A DNA stretch of 58,815 nucleotides from Nemertoderma westbladi (taxonomy: Eukaryota > Animalia > Xenacoelomorpha), in contig JAUCBJ010002390.1 of NCBI GenBank assembly GCA_032718475.1, positions 1 to 58,815 of the forward strand, given 5' to 3'. This document shows, piece by piece, positions 22,493 to 32,798 of this stretch (the stretch's first letter is position 1; each line of letters opens with the position of its first letter). The notes below the pieces were generated by a model that ran no database searches, had not been told where the DNA came from, and saw only the letters and a program-made list of their open reading frames with translations. Made by a program: the position numbers and the translations under genes.

Positions 22493-25400
22493 ATGACGGA
22501 ATTGATAGAAGATGACCTTGGTATTAGAGAGCGATATACTCTACCTTTACAAGCGTTTGTGGATAGCTTGATACGCGGTGAAGCCGATCCGACTATTACG
22601 GAGGACGATGGTCGTTATATCGAACCGCCGATGTCCCAGGAACAACTTACGCGTGAATTGGACTATAGAAAATTCACCGCTCGCTATACGAATCGTAATG
22701 GTACGTATATGGACTTCTTAACTACCGGCCATCCTACCGATTTACATGATACTGATGATGTAGACACCGAAAGGGAAATGGTTTTATTTAAATATCATGC
22801 CCAGCGGAATCGTAACGATAAACCGAGAATAGAACACGAAAACTCTATTCATAACCTACTCGACAGAGAAAACGTTGAAGAACCCGATAAGCACATCAAC
22901 TTCAACGACTACTTGGAATTTTTGCGAGAAACCTATCTCAATATTGCCAGTCAACAGAACCTAGAAACTCGATATCCTCAAGGTATACATCACGATCCCA
23001 TGGTAGAACTCAAACGACTCTATTTCACCATGATGTATCTTACCGCAGATCGTCCACTGCCTGTTGTCCCGGACAGCTTTGAACAAATGGAAGAGTATTG
23101 CAAAACTGGAGAACGATCACCCGCGTTTCCTCTGCAGGACGTACGCCTTTGGTATTATTGTGACTCATGTCCTAGACCTAACCAGCAAACGGAAAGACAT
23201 AAACATCCGCGGAGACGTTGTGCTAAACACAGTTTTACGCGTTATACTTACGGGAGTTTCGAGCGAAACCTGTTCGACGTATCACCTACGATCACCCGCC
23301 TAAAACGATCGCTAAATAAACCCATGATCAGAGTTCCGGAATACTCGGTCAGGCCTCCCCATTTCCCCGTGAGACCTCAAACTCTTGATCCTAACAGTAT
23401 CACTGATCCTCCCGAGTTATACTCACTGTTCAAGGATTTGGTGTTACCCGAGCAGTTAATCGGTGTTCCGGCGGTAGGTTCGTTGGATATTCGACCATCC
23501 TATTTAACCGGATTGGGACGCGGACATCTAACATCGCCATTTAATCCTTACAACCGGCCAGGATTAACTCCGATACAACCTGCCACGGAAGTCGAGGAGA
23601 GTGTCATCAGAAACGCTCTAGACGCCATCCGACAGAAAATCGGAAAGGGAACCCAGGATTTTCTAGAGAAACGTAAATTACAGCAGCAGGTCCAATCGGT
23701 GAAAGAGCTAGCCTTGCCGCAGTTTGATAGAGAAATCCAAAACCTCGAAGAGGACATCGAGCTTGGACGTACGTATTCTCTCCAGGAGTTTCTGGAAGAA
23801 CGCTTGCAGAAACAAGCGGAGGAGAATCAACTGGAGGAGAGGCATACGGAAATGGATGAGAGAGAAGAAGCCGCTTTAGCCCAACCCGAAGCTCAGATGC
23901 TCATAACCGATCTCTACTCTAAAACCGTCCGTCATCCCTCGATGGTCCCGCATTTCGGAGACAAACTTTTCGCAAAGATACAACCCCAACCGGTTGATAT
24001 CAGCATAAGATCGCAAAATCTTATCGCTGACGCTCCTATGTTACAGCGTCCGCCAATCGAGGCCGCTCGAGTTGACGGTATACTCGTTGAACCTCCGGAC
24101 AATCGAGCGGATCTTGTCCATCGTATGGTACACGATGTCAACATACGCGCTAGACCTTTACAGAACTCTTTTTATGGAATTAAAGATCACCCTTATTACG
24201 TTAATCTGACTCAATATTATATGGTAAAACCAGAAGATCCGACGCATGATTTAAAGTTTCTACCACTAATAAATCCTCTGGACATTGTCGAACTCGAACA
24301 ATTGCAAAAACATCTGGATCAATTAGTAAAGGTAAACTCATTTCGAAAACCATATAACGTTTCTCGAATAGAGAAGGATACAGAACCTCCTTATAATCTC
24401 GATGGATTTATTAAAACTCGATTAGTCCATTGGAATCTAGACATATTATTCGAGGAGGAGAAAATCCAAAGATATGGAAATGTGGAGACGTATACCACTC
24501 GATATATGAAGTATAGTGATCTCCCTGACGCTAATCAATGCGCCACCTTGTGGCATCCGGTAGGGATGACCCTCGAGAACGCCACCAAAGAGTGGAATGA
24601 AACTCTTAATATCATTGAGATGTATGGCGTTGTTACTTACGATAACGAAGGTAGCGTTCCAATCGGAGAATTAGGAACTACGCGCATGATACACATACGC
24701 GGATTAGCTGGTTCCACTCACGTGTTTACGCGATCGTGTTCCGACGTGATCGATTATTCCTTTGAAACTCTCACCGAAACGCAAAAGAATCTCCGACATG
24801 GACAATTCGAACTCGCGCAGCGTTACGTCATTGACACCGAACGCAAACCGGCCATGGGTATCGATGGATCGATGTTACCCCAGCCCGTTCTCGAGATGTT
24901 ATTCAACGAAAGAATCATTAAAATCGGCTCAGCTGTTTATGGAGATCTCCAAAACGACTTTCGGAATATGGAGAATATCCCCTATCCTTTCGTGGATACT
25001 CAGCTGATAGCTCCTTGGGCCGAAGGCCGAGGTTTCTTTCGCACCATGTATGCTAATGCGTCTAGCAACATTACAAAGGTGCAACGAACTTCCATCGGAC
25101 ATCTTGCCTTTCAGGAATACGGGTGGAATTTCAAGGTCGGAAATCCCATCAACTATCAACAAGTATACGGAGACCATTATTCTCGATTATACTTTGACGG
25201 ACCGTTGACAGCACCTGGCGCCGTGTATAGCTTCATGAGTGTTCCACTCCGTCCCTCCTTAGCTATCTACACGATCTTCGAAAACACCGCACTTTCCGGT
25301 TGGCTAGCCGATGTGTGCAGTCGTACTATACGCGCCCATCCATTAATCCTTGGGACCAAACTCGCTAAGCTAGATGAACATAACAAATTCATCCGCTTTG

Positions 25401-26743
25401 AATGTTTCCGACGGTTTTTAACCCCGTTTCGCAACGTGGATAGCCAATTCAAAGACCGCGCTTTGACCAAGCTCAGCTTAAGAGACTCGGCTGCGGAGAA
25501 GTTAGATAGCGCTGGATTTGCTATTTTCAGAGACATTTGTGTAATAAACCTGCATTCCTCGGTTATCCAAAAACCTCGGATCCCCACAGGTTATTCTGTC
25601 GTGGAAATTCAGACGGTAGGTCCACTTGAGGAGACAGCCACGCCTACCTCAACTATACAAGGGGAAGACAAACCCATATGTTTAGAATCGGAAGAGATTC
25701 AGCCCCCCACGTCTCGGAGTAGCGATAGCGACTACATATTGGAATGGTATCAAGGTCCCCAGTGTCTTACTGCGTATGATTATCGCCATGCCAATTATGT
25801 TTCTAGACAACGTTGTCGGCTATGCGCATCGAGAGACCATATTACGTCTATGGACACAAACGATCTTTGTTCCTATTTCCACGAGCAACCGTCGATGGAA
25901 ATCTATTGTGCATATTGTCGGCTTAATAATTTGCACATTTTTGCTGTCTGCCCCCAATTTATGACTCAATGCCATCATTGTCAATTAAAAGGACACGCCA
26001 GCTTTGATTGTCCCTTTAACCATGATTTAGAGAGCGTAGATGAAATGATTGTACTACGTTATATCAGAGCTTGGGAAGCAAACGCTGATTTACATTGTGA
26101 TTCACGCCATCGCTATTATCCTGGACGCGCTTACGAAGGAGTTTATGCGTTCCATCCTTATTTGTTTGCCTCCGTCGAGCAGAAATCGCGCCTATCAAGT
26201 TATGAACTATTGAAGCGCGTTGGAGAATGTATTTCAACCAAATATGTACGCAAATTTCTCAGGAGCATTAATCCGAGTGACATCAATTCGTACAACTTAA
26301 TAAACTTTATCCGTCAAGATCCGGCCTATGGAGACTTATTTGTCAACTCACACCCCGAGTTACAAGAAGTATATCGACGGCCTTACGAGTACAGAGCCCG
26401 CGAATGCGAGTTGGAAAGAACCATTAAACCAAGGAAGTTTCTAACTGCCTATGGTCCACCCACGGCCCTCGTTCAGACTACTCGTAAAGGACCCGTAAGA
26501 GCGGCTGTCTTGAAACGAGCTCTCAAAGCCGTTAGACCCCTCTCCCCGGACGTTGATGTCAATCAACCCGGTACTTCGACCGGCGGATATACCGATCGCA
26601 ATCCCATACCTTCTGATGCAATCATATTGCACCCTTCACCCAGGAGTTATAGCCCTCCTCGTAAAGTGGCTCGCCCCAAAGAGAAAAGGACTCTTGCTAG
26701 CTTTAAAAAACTGCGTAAACGCCGTCCGCGCAAGAAAGACTAA
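22493..26743 (+). CDS. ORF2 of element A: 1416-aa protein with a DEDDy 3'-5' exonuclease-like domain, CCHC-type knuckles and a basic NLS-like tail
   Basis: ExoI-like VVTYDNEG (D717/E719); LPQPVLEMLFNERIIKIGSAVYGD (D818); FVDTQLIA; SIGHLA; PLRPSLAIYTIFE (Y926/E930); Cys/His cluster at aa 1108-1173; C-terminal KKLRKRRPRKKD. The ORF is certain; the domain call is by motif recognition. Confidence 0.75.
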   Translation: MTELIEDDLGIRERYTLPLQAFVDSLIRGEADPTITEDDGRYIEPPMSQEQLTRELDYRKFTARYTNRNGTYMDFLTTGHPTDLHDTDDVDTEREMVLFKYHAQRNRNDKPRIEHENSIHNLLDRENVEEPDKHINFNDYLEFLRETYLNIASQQNLETRYPQGIHHDPMVELKRLYFTMMYLTADRPLPVVPDSFEQMEEYCKTGERSPAFPLQDVRLWYYCDSCPRPNQQTERHKHPRRRCAKHSFTRYTYGSFERNLFDVSPTITRLKRSLNKPMIRVPEYSVRPPHFPVRPQTLDPNSITDPPELYSLFKDLVLPEQLIGVPAVGSLDIRPSYLTGLGRGHLTSPFNPYNRPGLTPIQPATEVEESVIRNALDAIRQKIGKGTQDFLEKRKLQQQVQSVKELALPQFDREIQNLEEDIELGRTYSLQEFLEERLQKQAEENQLEERHTEMDEREEAALAQPEAQMLITDLYSKTVRHPSMVPHFGDKLFAKIQPQPVDISIRSQNLIADAPMLQRPPIEAARVDGILVEPPDNRADLVHRMVHDVNIRARPLQNSFYGIKDHPYYVNLTQYYMVKPEDPTHDLKFLPLINPLDIVELEQLQKHLDQLVKVNSFRKPYNVSRIEKDTEPPYNLDGFIKTRLVHWNLDILFEEEKIQRYGNVETYTTRYMKYSDLPDANQCATLWHPVGMTLENATKEWNETLNIIEMYGVVTYDNEGSVPIGELGTTRMIHIRGLAGSTHVFTRSCSDVIDYSFETLTETQKNLRHGQFELAQRYVIDTERKPAMGIDGSMLPQPVLEMLFNERIIKIGSAVYGDLQNDFRNMENIPYPFVDTQLIAPWAEGRGFFRTMYANASSNITKVQRTSIGHLAFQEYGWNFKVGNPINYQQVYGDHYSRLYFDGPLTAPGAVYSFMSVPLRPSLAIYTIFENTALSGWLADVCSRTIRAHPLILGTKLAKLDEHNKFIRFECFRRFLTPFRNVDSQFKDRALTKLSLRDSAAEKLDSAGFAIFRDICVINLHSSVIQKPRIPTGYSVVEIQTVGPLEETATPTSTIQGEDKPICLESEEIQPPTSRSSDSDYILEWYQGPQCLTAYDYRHANYVSRQRCRLCASRDHITSMDTNDLCSYFHEQPSMEIYCAYCRLNNLHIFAVCPQFMTQCHHCQLKGHASFDCPFNHDLESVDEMIVLRYIRAWEANADLHCDSRHRYYPGRAYEGVYAFHPYLFASVEQKSRLSSYELLKRVGECISTKYVRKFLRSINPSDINSYNLINFIRQDPAYGDLFVNSHPELQEVYRRPYEYRARECELERTIKPRKFLTAYGPPTALVQTTRKGPVRAAVLKRALKAVRPLSPDVDVNQPGTSTGGYTDRNPIPSDAIILHPSPRSYSPPRKVARPKEKRTLASFKKLRKRRPRKKD

Positions 26744-26813
26744 CTGTTTAGAGTATTTTTATATTTTAGAAACTGTGATTTTGTATATTTTATAGACTTA
26801 AATCCCATTTTCT

Positions 26814-26821
26814 GGGAGCGG
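26814..26821 (+). promoter_or_regulatory. Polypurine tract of element A (GGGAGCGG)
   Basis: Abuts the 3' LTR and is identical in element B (CCGCTCCC at 29791-29798). Confidence 0.7.
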
Positions 26822-28019
26822 TGTAAAAGCTTTTGTGGGATAACTGATACGTTTGCCTTTGCTGGCCAGTTCCCCCCCAGTCGCTAAAATACTCTCAAAG
26901 GGATTTATAACTAAAATAGTGCAAGCTACCAGCTTATTGGCTGATGTGCTGTACGGAGATATCTGGGCTCAGTTTAATCGGCCAACTAGCTTAGAGAGGT
27001 TGCCTTAGCCTTGCTGTCCGTATCGGCCAATAGAATTTGAGTGGGCGTTAATTTCGACCTATCCCAGAGCTACTGAACTGAATTTCCTATCTCACTGCTC
27101 ATCCTCTGTGTTGGACGGGAGCTTCGGGGAATAAGGGAGTTGGTATACTCGTATAGTTATTCTAGTCATATGATTCTTCATATGATTCGGTTGTTATGTT
27201 CCCATTTTTCGCCATAACACCGGCTTTTGGGAAGAACTCTAGTAAAACTGCTTAAATTATCGAAAGTATAAATGTTACCCTGGCGGTATTCACTTACCTA
27301 AATCACTTAATTTAACTGCACTAATCATATTGTTTGTACTGTTATTTACCGTCAGTTATTAATTGTATCTATTTTGTTGATGAATTATTGCTCTTTGGAG
27401 AATACGGATAAATCACCCAAAATTCCAAATTTTCTTGATACACTACAGGTTAGAGAGACGGGCTATATATAACAATTGCGATTTATATTAATGTGGTGTG
27501 TATTGAATCTAATGTTATTTAGCAGACCCTACATGAGTCAATTATTGCTCTCTTTATGTGTGATCAAAAATACTGACGGTCGGCAGAATAGTGTGCATGA
27601 TTGTGATTGGTAACAAAGTATTTCCTAAAGAATACGCCTTATACTTTAATCATAAGCGGTATCGTTGCGTTTAGTATAAGTCCTAGTTCTGTTTAAATAG
27701 ATAGAGCGCCACGTCCTAAAGGAACTGTTAATATTTCCCGAAAGCCAATAATATCTGTCAGAGATTAATTATTAACGATCTATCGAATAATACAGTAAGT
27801 TTACACTGCAACCTTACACTGCAATAATACAATTTAAGCAGCCGAATTCAGCCTCCCGGGTGTAGATCCATCGGGTGAATGATCGCGCATGGGCTGACTT
27901 CGGGTAATGTTTTGTGTATTAGCATAAAATATTGTCGTATGCTAAAGGTGTTTTAATTAACTAAAAGACATATAAATTTTGGCAGGTTAAACTGCTAAAG
28001 GTCTTCAAAAGCGCGAACA
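26822..28019 (+). repeat. 3' LTR of element A
   Basis: Direct repeat of 12946-14143 with the same length. Confidence 0.97.
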
Positions 28020-28217
28020 GGCAGGTTACAGAGGCGGGCCTTCTGTGCTGTTGGAAGTAGTGGAGCCGCTATCCGTAACACTACTCAGACAGTAGTCATG
28101 ATCCATTATTGATTATAAAACTAATACAGTAAGGCCTAAATTATGTGAAAGGTATATCCACATTTTCCACAATCCTGCAATCCAGTTTCGCCTATCAATT
28201 ATTTAAAATTTATTAGC

Positions 28218-28520
28218 ACAACCGGTAGGCCTACCATTACCGTATTTAAATGGTAGGCTACACAGTAGGCCTATAGCAGTACCAGTGCCGGTACCGGTAC
28301 TAAAATACAGAAATACCTGCTTTATACCTACATCTGTACATACAATACAGCAAAATAGTGCTATATATATACTAACCGGTACTGATAGCCTGAGAGAACA
28401 GCAGTAGAGAAACCGGTAGCATGGAACCTAACTGCCTAACATTAGACTTTTGGATGACATAAAAAATAAAAAAAAATTGACAAAAAAAGGATAAAAATGG
28501 ACAATAAAAATTATTGCGAT
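28218..28520 (+). repeat. Repeat segment with an inverted homologue at about 41900-43245
   Basis: For example ACCGGTAGGCCTACCA..., CTGATAGCCTGAGAGAACAGCAGTA and GCATGGAACCTAAC match the reverse complement of 42990-43240 and 41903-42034. Confidence 0.8.
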
Positions 28521-28577
28521 TATTTATTACCAGTGCTGTATGTAGAGATATGAGTTTCCGATTCTGTTATTCCATTT

Positions 28578-29790
28578 TGTTCGCGCTTTCAGACCTTTGG
28601 CAGTTTAACCCACCAAATTAAGATGTCTTCTAGATATTAAATCGGTTTTTAGTCTATGACAAGTATTTGATTCACTACACTAGTCGAAACCAATCTGTGC
28701 GCGATCATTCACCCGCTGGATATTCCCGGGAGATTGGGTTCGACGGTTTAATTTTATTGCTATGTAAGCCTAATGTATTATTCGACTGACAGTACTATAT
28801 AATCTCTGACAATATTATTCACCTTCGGTAATATTAACAGTTCCTTAAGGACGTGGCGCTTTATCTATATAAACAGAGTTATGACTTAAACTACTCACAA
28901 CGATATGGCTTAATTATAATTCACATATATGGCGCATTCTTTAGGAATGCTTCTTTAACAGACTCACTCATACACAATGCTGCACAATACTGCACACTAA
29001 TCTGCCGATCTTCACTGATTTTAGTCACATATAAAAGGAACACAGACTGACTCATGTAGGGTCTATCAAATAACATTAGATTCACTTCAAACCACTTTAA
29101 CATAAGTCACAATCGTTTATCTGTAACCTTTCTCTCTTACCTTCGGTATATCAAGAATATTGGGTTTCGGGGTTATTTATCGTTATTCCAAATATAATAA
29201 TTCATCAACCATATTATGAAGAACTGACGGTAAATAGCAGTATAAAACAACAATGAAAACACTGATTGTTATGAGTTTGCAATGTTTCAGCAGTCAGTAT
29301 GTATGATCAGTTAGCAGTGATTCCATGAGTCAGGTAGTTAAAGGATATATGCCCTTTATAATTAAACCTACTAGTGTAAGACTAAAAACTGAAAACACGG
29401 AGGTGCCAAAGCCGGTTCTTAGGCTCTGGGCAAAAACATAACACTGAACTACTGAGTTTCTGTATATACCTCCAACACAGAGAAAACAAACGCTCTGATT
29501 GGTCAACCTGAACAACGAGAGAACAGAGAAACAAAGAAACGTCGACGTGGCAATATCAGCTGCTAGCCGTCGTCATGGTAGCGACACTGTTTTCAAGAGT
29601 ATCGAGCTTTTACGTCACGGAATTACGGATTATGTCCTCTAAAGTATAAATACAGAAGAAATAGCTTTTATGTCCGCTAAAACACCAGTACAGCAAGGAC
29701 ACGGCCTTTTTATGCCTGGTAAACCAACTACAGAGTACTTTACGGGAAAATAAGGAAAAATAACCGGACAATTCAGTAAAAGCTTTTACA
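28578..29790 (-). repeat. 3' LTR of element B (1213 bp)
   Basis: Repeated at offset 10494. One substitution was noticed (about 29482 vs 39976). Confidence 0.96.
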
Positions 29791-29868
29791 CCGCTCCCAG
29801 AAAATGGGATTTTCAGTCTATAAAATATAAAAATCACAGTTTCTAAAACATAAAGATACTCTGAACAG

Positions 29869-31151
29869 TTAGTCTTTCTTACGCAGACGGCGTTTATGCA
29901 GTTTTTTGAGGCTAGCAAGAGTCCTTTTCTCTTTGGGGGGAGCCACTTTACTAGGAGGGCCATAACTCCTGGGTGAAGGGTGCAATATGATTGCATTACA
30001 AGGTTTGGGTTTACGGTCGGTGTCTCGTCCATTTCGATATGCTTCTCCTCGAGCTGATTTTCCTCCGCTTGTCATGGGATACGTTCGTCCAAAACTCTCG
30101 CAGAGAATAGGGTTTTCTAAGCTTGATATCTTCTTTGAGATTCGAGGTTTCCCAATCGAACTGAGATAAGGCCAATTCGTTTATCGATTGGACTTACTGT
30201 TATAACTTACGTTTATCTGAACAAACGCAGGTTTCTTTTTTGATCTTTATAGAATAGCGTTTAACTCGTTTCGTACAACGCTCTCCTTCACCTTGATGAA
30301 GGGTTGTATCGCGTTAAACGGGACGACCATACGGTTGGATACTGATATTAGGTGTCTGCGTCATAATCCGGCTAGGTAAGATGGGCGGCTAGCTAGAAAT
30401 CACTGTCGGAGTGTTACCGATTAATTGTTAGGGTAGCACTAGATCTTGAACAGTGAATACAGTCCGCGAGGATCCGCGACACCACCAGGATCGCAGGTCT
30501 GAGGTCCAACTAAGGAATGAGGAGGTTTGACCGAGTATTCCGGGACTCTGATCGTAGGTTTACTCCAGGATCGTTCGAGCCGAGTGAGCATAGGTGATAC
30601 GTCAACAAGTTTCGGTTTACGTGGATGTTTATGTCTTTCCGTTTATTAGTTGGGTCTAGAGCGTTTATCGTAATAATACCAAAGACGCACGTCTGGTAGG
30701 GTAAACGCGGGTGATATTTGTTTGTTGTTACAATGCTTCTATCAAGAATTCCAAATATACGTTGGAGTTACCGCGTCCATTTGTTTCTTTAGTGTCTTTT
30801 CTTTAGAGTCGATTTCGAATAGAATTTTCGCATTCGAATTTCAGTTTATGGTTCCGACTCCGCTGGGCAGGATATATAGTCGACATAGTCCGTATTGTGT
30901 AAATCGATAGGATGACCAGTAGTTAAGAAGCCCATATACGTACCATTACGCTGCGTATATCGAGCAGCGAATTTTCTATAGTCCAACTCACGCGTGAGCT
31001 GCTCTTGGGACATTGGCGGTTCGATATAACGACCATCGTCCTCCGCAGCAGTTGGACTAACGTCGCCGCGTATTAAGCTATCAACAAACGCTTGTAAAAG
31101 TAGAGTATATCGCTCCCCGATACCAAGACCATCTTCTATCAACTCCGTCAT
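29869..31151 (-). pseudogene. Deleted and frameshifted remnant of ORF2 in element B
   Basis: Keeps the N-terminus MTELIEDGLGIGERYT... and C-terminus ...AIILHPSPRSY...KKD. It is 1283 bp versus 4251 bp in A, and the exonuclease and knuckle regions are absent. Confidence 0.88.
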
Positions 31152-32798
31152 ATCTGCTATATATGAGTTTATCCATATTATAATGAGTCCACATTTAGGC
31201 GAGCGGGCGTCGCTGCCTACCTCAATCAACCCCCGGACAGTACGAGATCCTCAGCGCCGATGTGTCGTCGCCGCTGTACTTTCGCCAACGACGTAGCCGC
31301 ACAACGACAACGACAACCGGCACAAGTCACTCAACTGTCCGTCCCAAAGGCTTAGATGTACTTCAGGTTTTCCTTGGAGAGTTAGGTTACTTTTACGATT
31401 GCGACTAGCTACTGTAAACACACCTTAGCAGTAACATTCACCTATAAACTCACAAATACCACACAACTGGTCACAACTACACACATTCGGGCCATTTGTC
31501 CGTTAGTCAATGCCTTCCAGAATGTCACTGTATTATTATGTATCCTTGGATACTAGTAGTGCGCTATTTATTCCCTATGCTATTCAATGGGACAAGCTTT
31601 CTATTGTTCTTTTAACTCAATTCTAATTCTAGCGTAGTTGTTGCTATGGTGACATTATGCAAAGCTAGCGGTAGAATTAGGGTGATTCCAATGCATACAG
31701 ATCTGGGATGTTATTTAATAGTATTCTTTAATAGTCAATGTTCTGTTTTATACATGACTTTATGAATTTTATCGGCTATTAACTATGTTTGGGAGACTTT
31801 CGTACACGCATACGCATAATAATATAAATCTCCGCTCCCTTGATCTATTAATTTATGGAATTTTGGGAATGTTATAAATCGCGTAAAATGGCAATTTATT
31901 AAATTCATTAAGAGACATGAATTTAAATTTATTCCCTGAAATTTTATTATTTGATAATTAAATGGACATATTTTGATTCTAGAACTTGTCTAGGGACACA
32001 AGATCCTTAATTCTAAGAAAATTGTCTCTTTAAGAATATCGGTAAATGCTGCGATATCTTAATTGACTAGAATTGTTGAAGGATCTGAATTTTACAGATT
32101 TTGACTTATTTGATTTGTAAATATTAACTAATTAATATTTGAGATGGGCACCGATTTATTCCAGAACTTGTCTGGGGACGTTAACCACTGATTCTATAAT
32201 TTGTCTTTCAAGTATATCGGTGGGTGCCACGATATCTTAATCGACTAGAATTACAGATGGTCAAAGGGTTTAACAGATTTATTTTGCGTTATACGCTACT
32301 GTTACAGGGACATCACGCTACTATATGTATTATTTAATATACGGTATGAGAGCAATATCGCACGAAGCAATGTCAGTGTGAAGAGGCAAGTCGTTTCCAA
32401 GGTCTACCCAGAGCTTGGTTTAGCCGAGACACGAGGATCTGAACTTTGCATTCCTAATACTCTGCCTACCAATAATACTAAAATATAGTAGTGGCTTTAT
32501 TGTACTTTAATAAGTACGGACATTTCATCTTACTGTAGTTACGTATTTATAATATAATACGGACAGTAAGGAAAGAGAAAAATAATTATTTCTTCGCCGT
32601 CTCACTAAATATAATATAAGTAATTACGTACGTAATAAACACGAATATATTGCACTATTCTACAAAATAATCGCCAAAATAATATTCTACTAAATTAAAA
32701 AAAACGATTATAATAAAATTACATAGTAATACATACATAAATATAAAAATAATAAAAGAATATAAAATAATAGAGTCATACGCCCACTCCGAACGATA

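Larger units (their letters stand above)
12946..28019 (+). mobile_element. Element A: non-autonomous BEL/Pao-type LTR retrotransposon with an extra ORF
   Basis: 1198-bp TGT...ACA LTRs, 5-bp TSD GGCAG (12941-12945 and 28020-28024), a purine-rich tract before the 3' LTR, and a BEL-type Gag and protease. Confidence 0.95.

Noticed and set aside
22493-26743. ORF2 as an envelope gene
   Set aside because: No signal peptide or hydrophobic transmembrane segment is evident. It has nuclease-like motifs and a basic tail instead.
28853-29515. Short ORFs duplicated at 39347-40009
   Set aside because: They lie within LTRs and are duplicated only because the LTRs are. They have no protein features.
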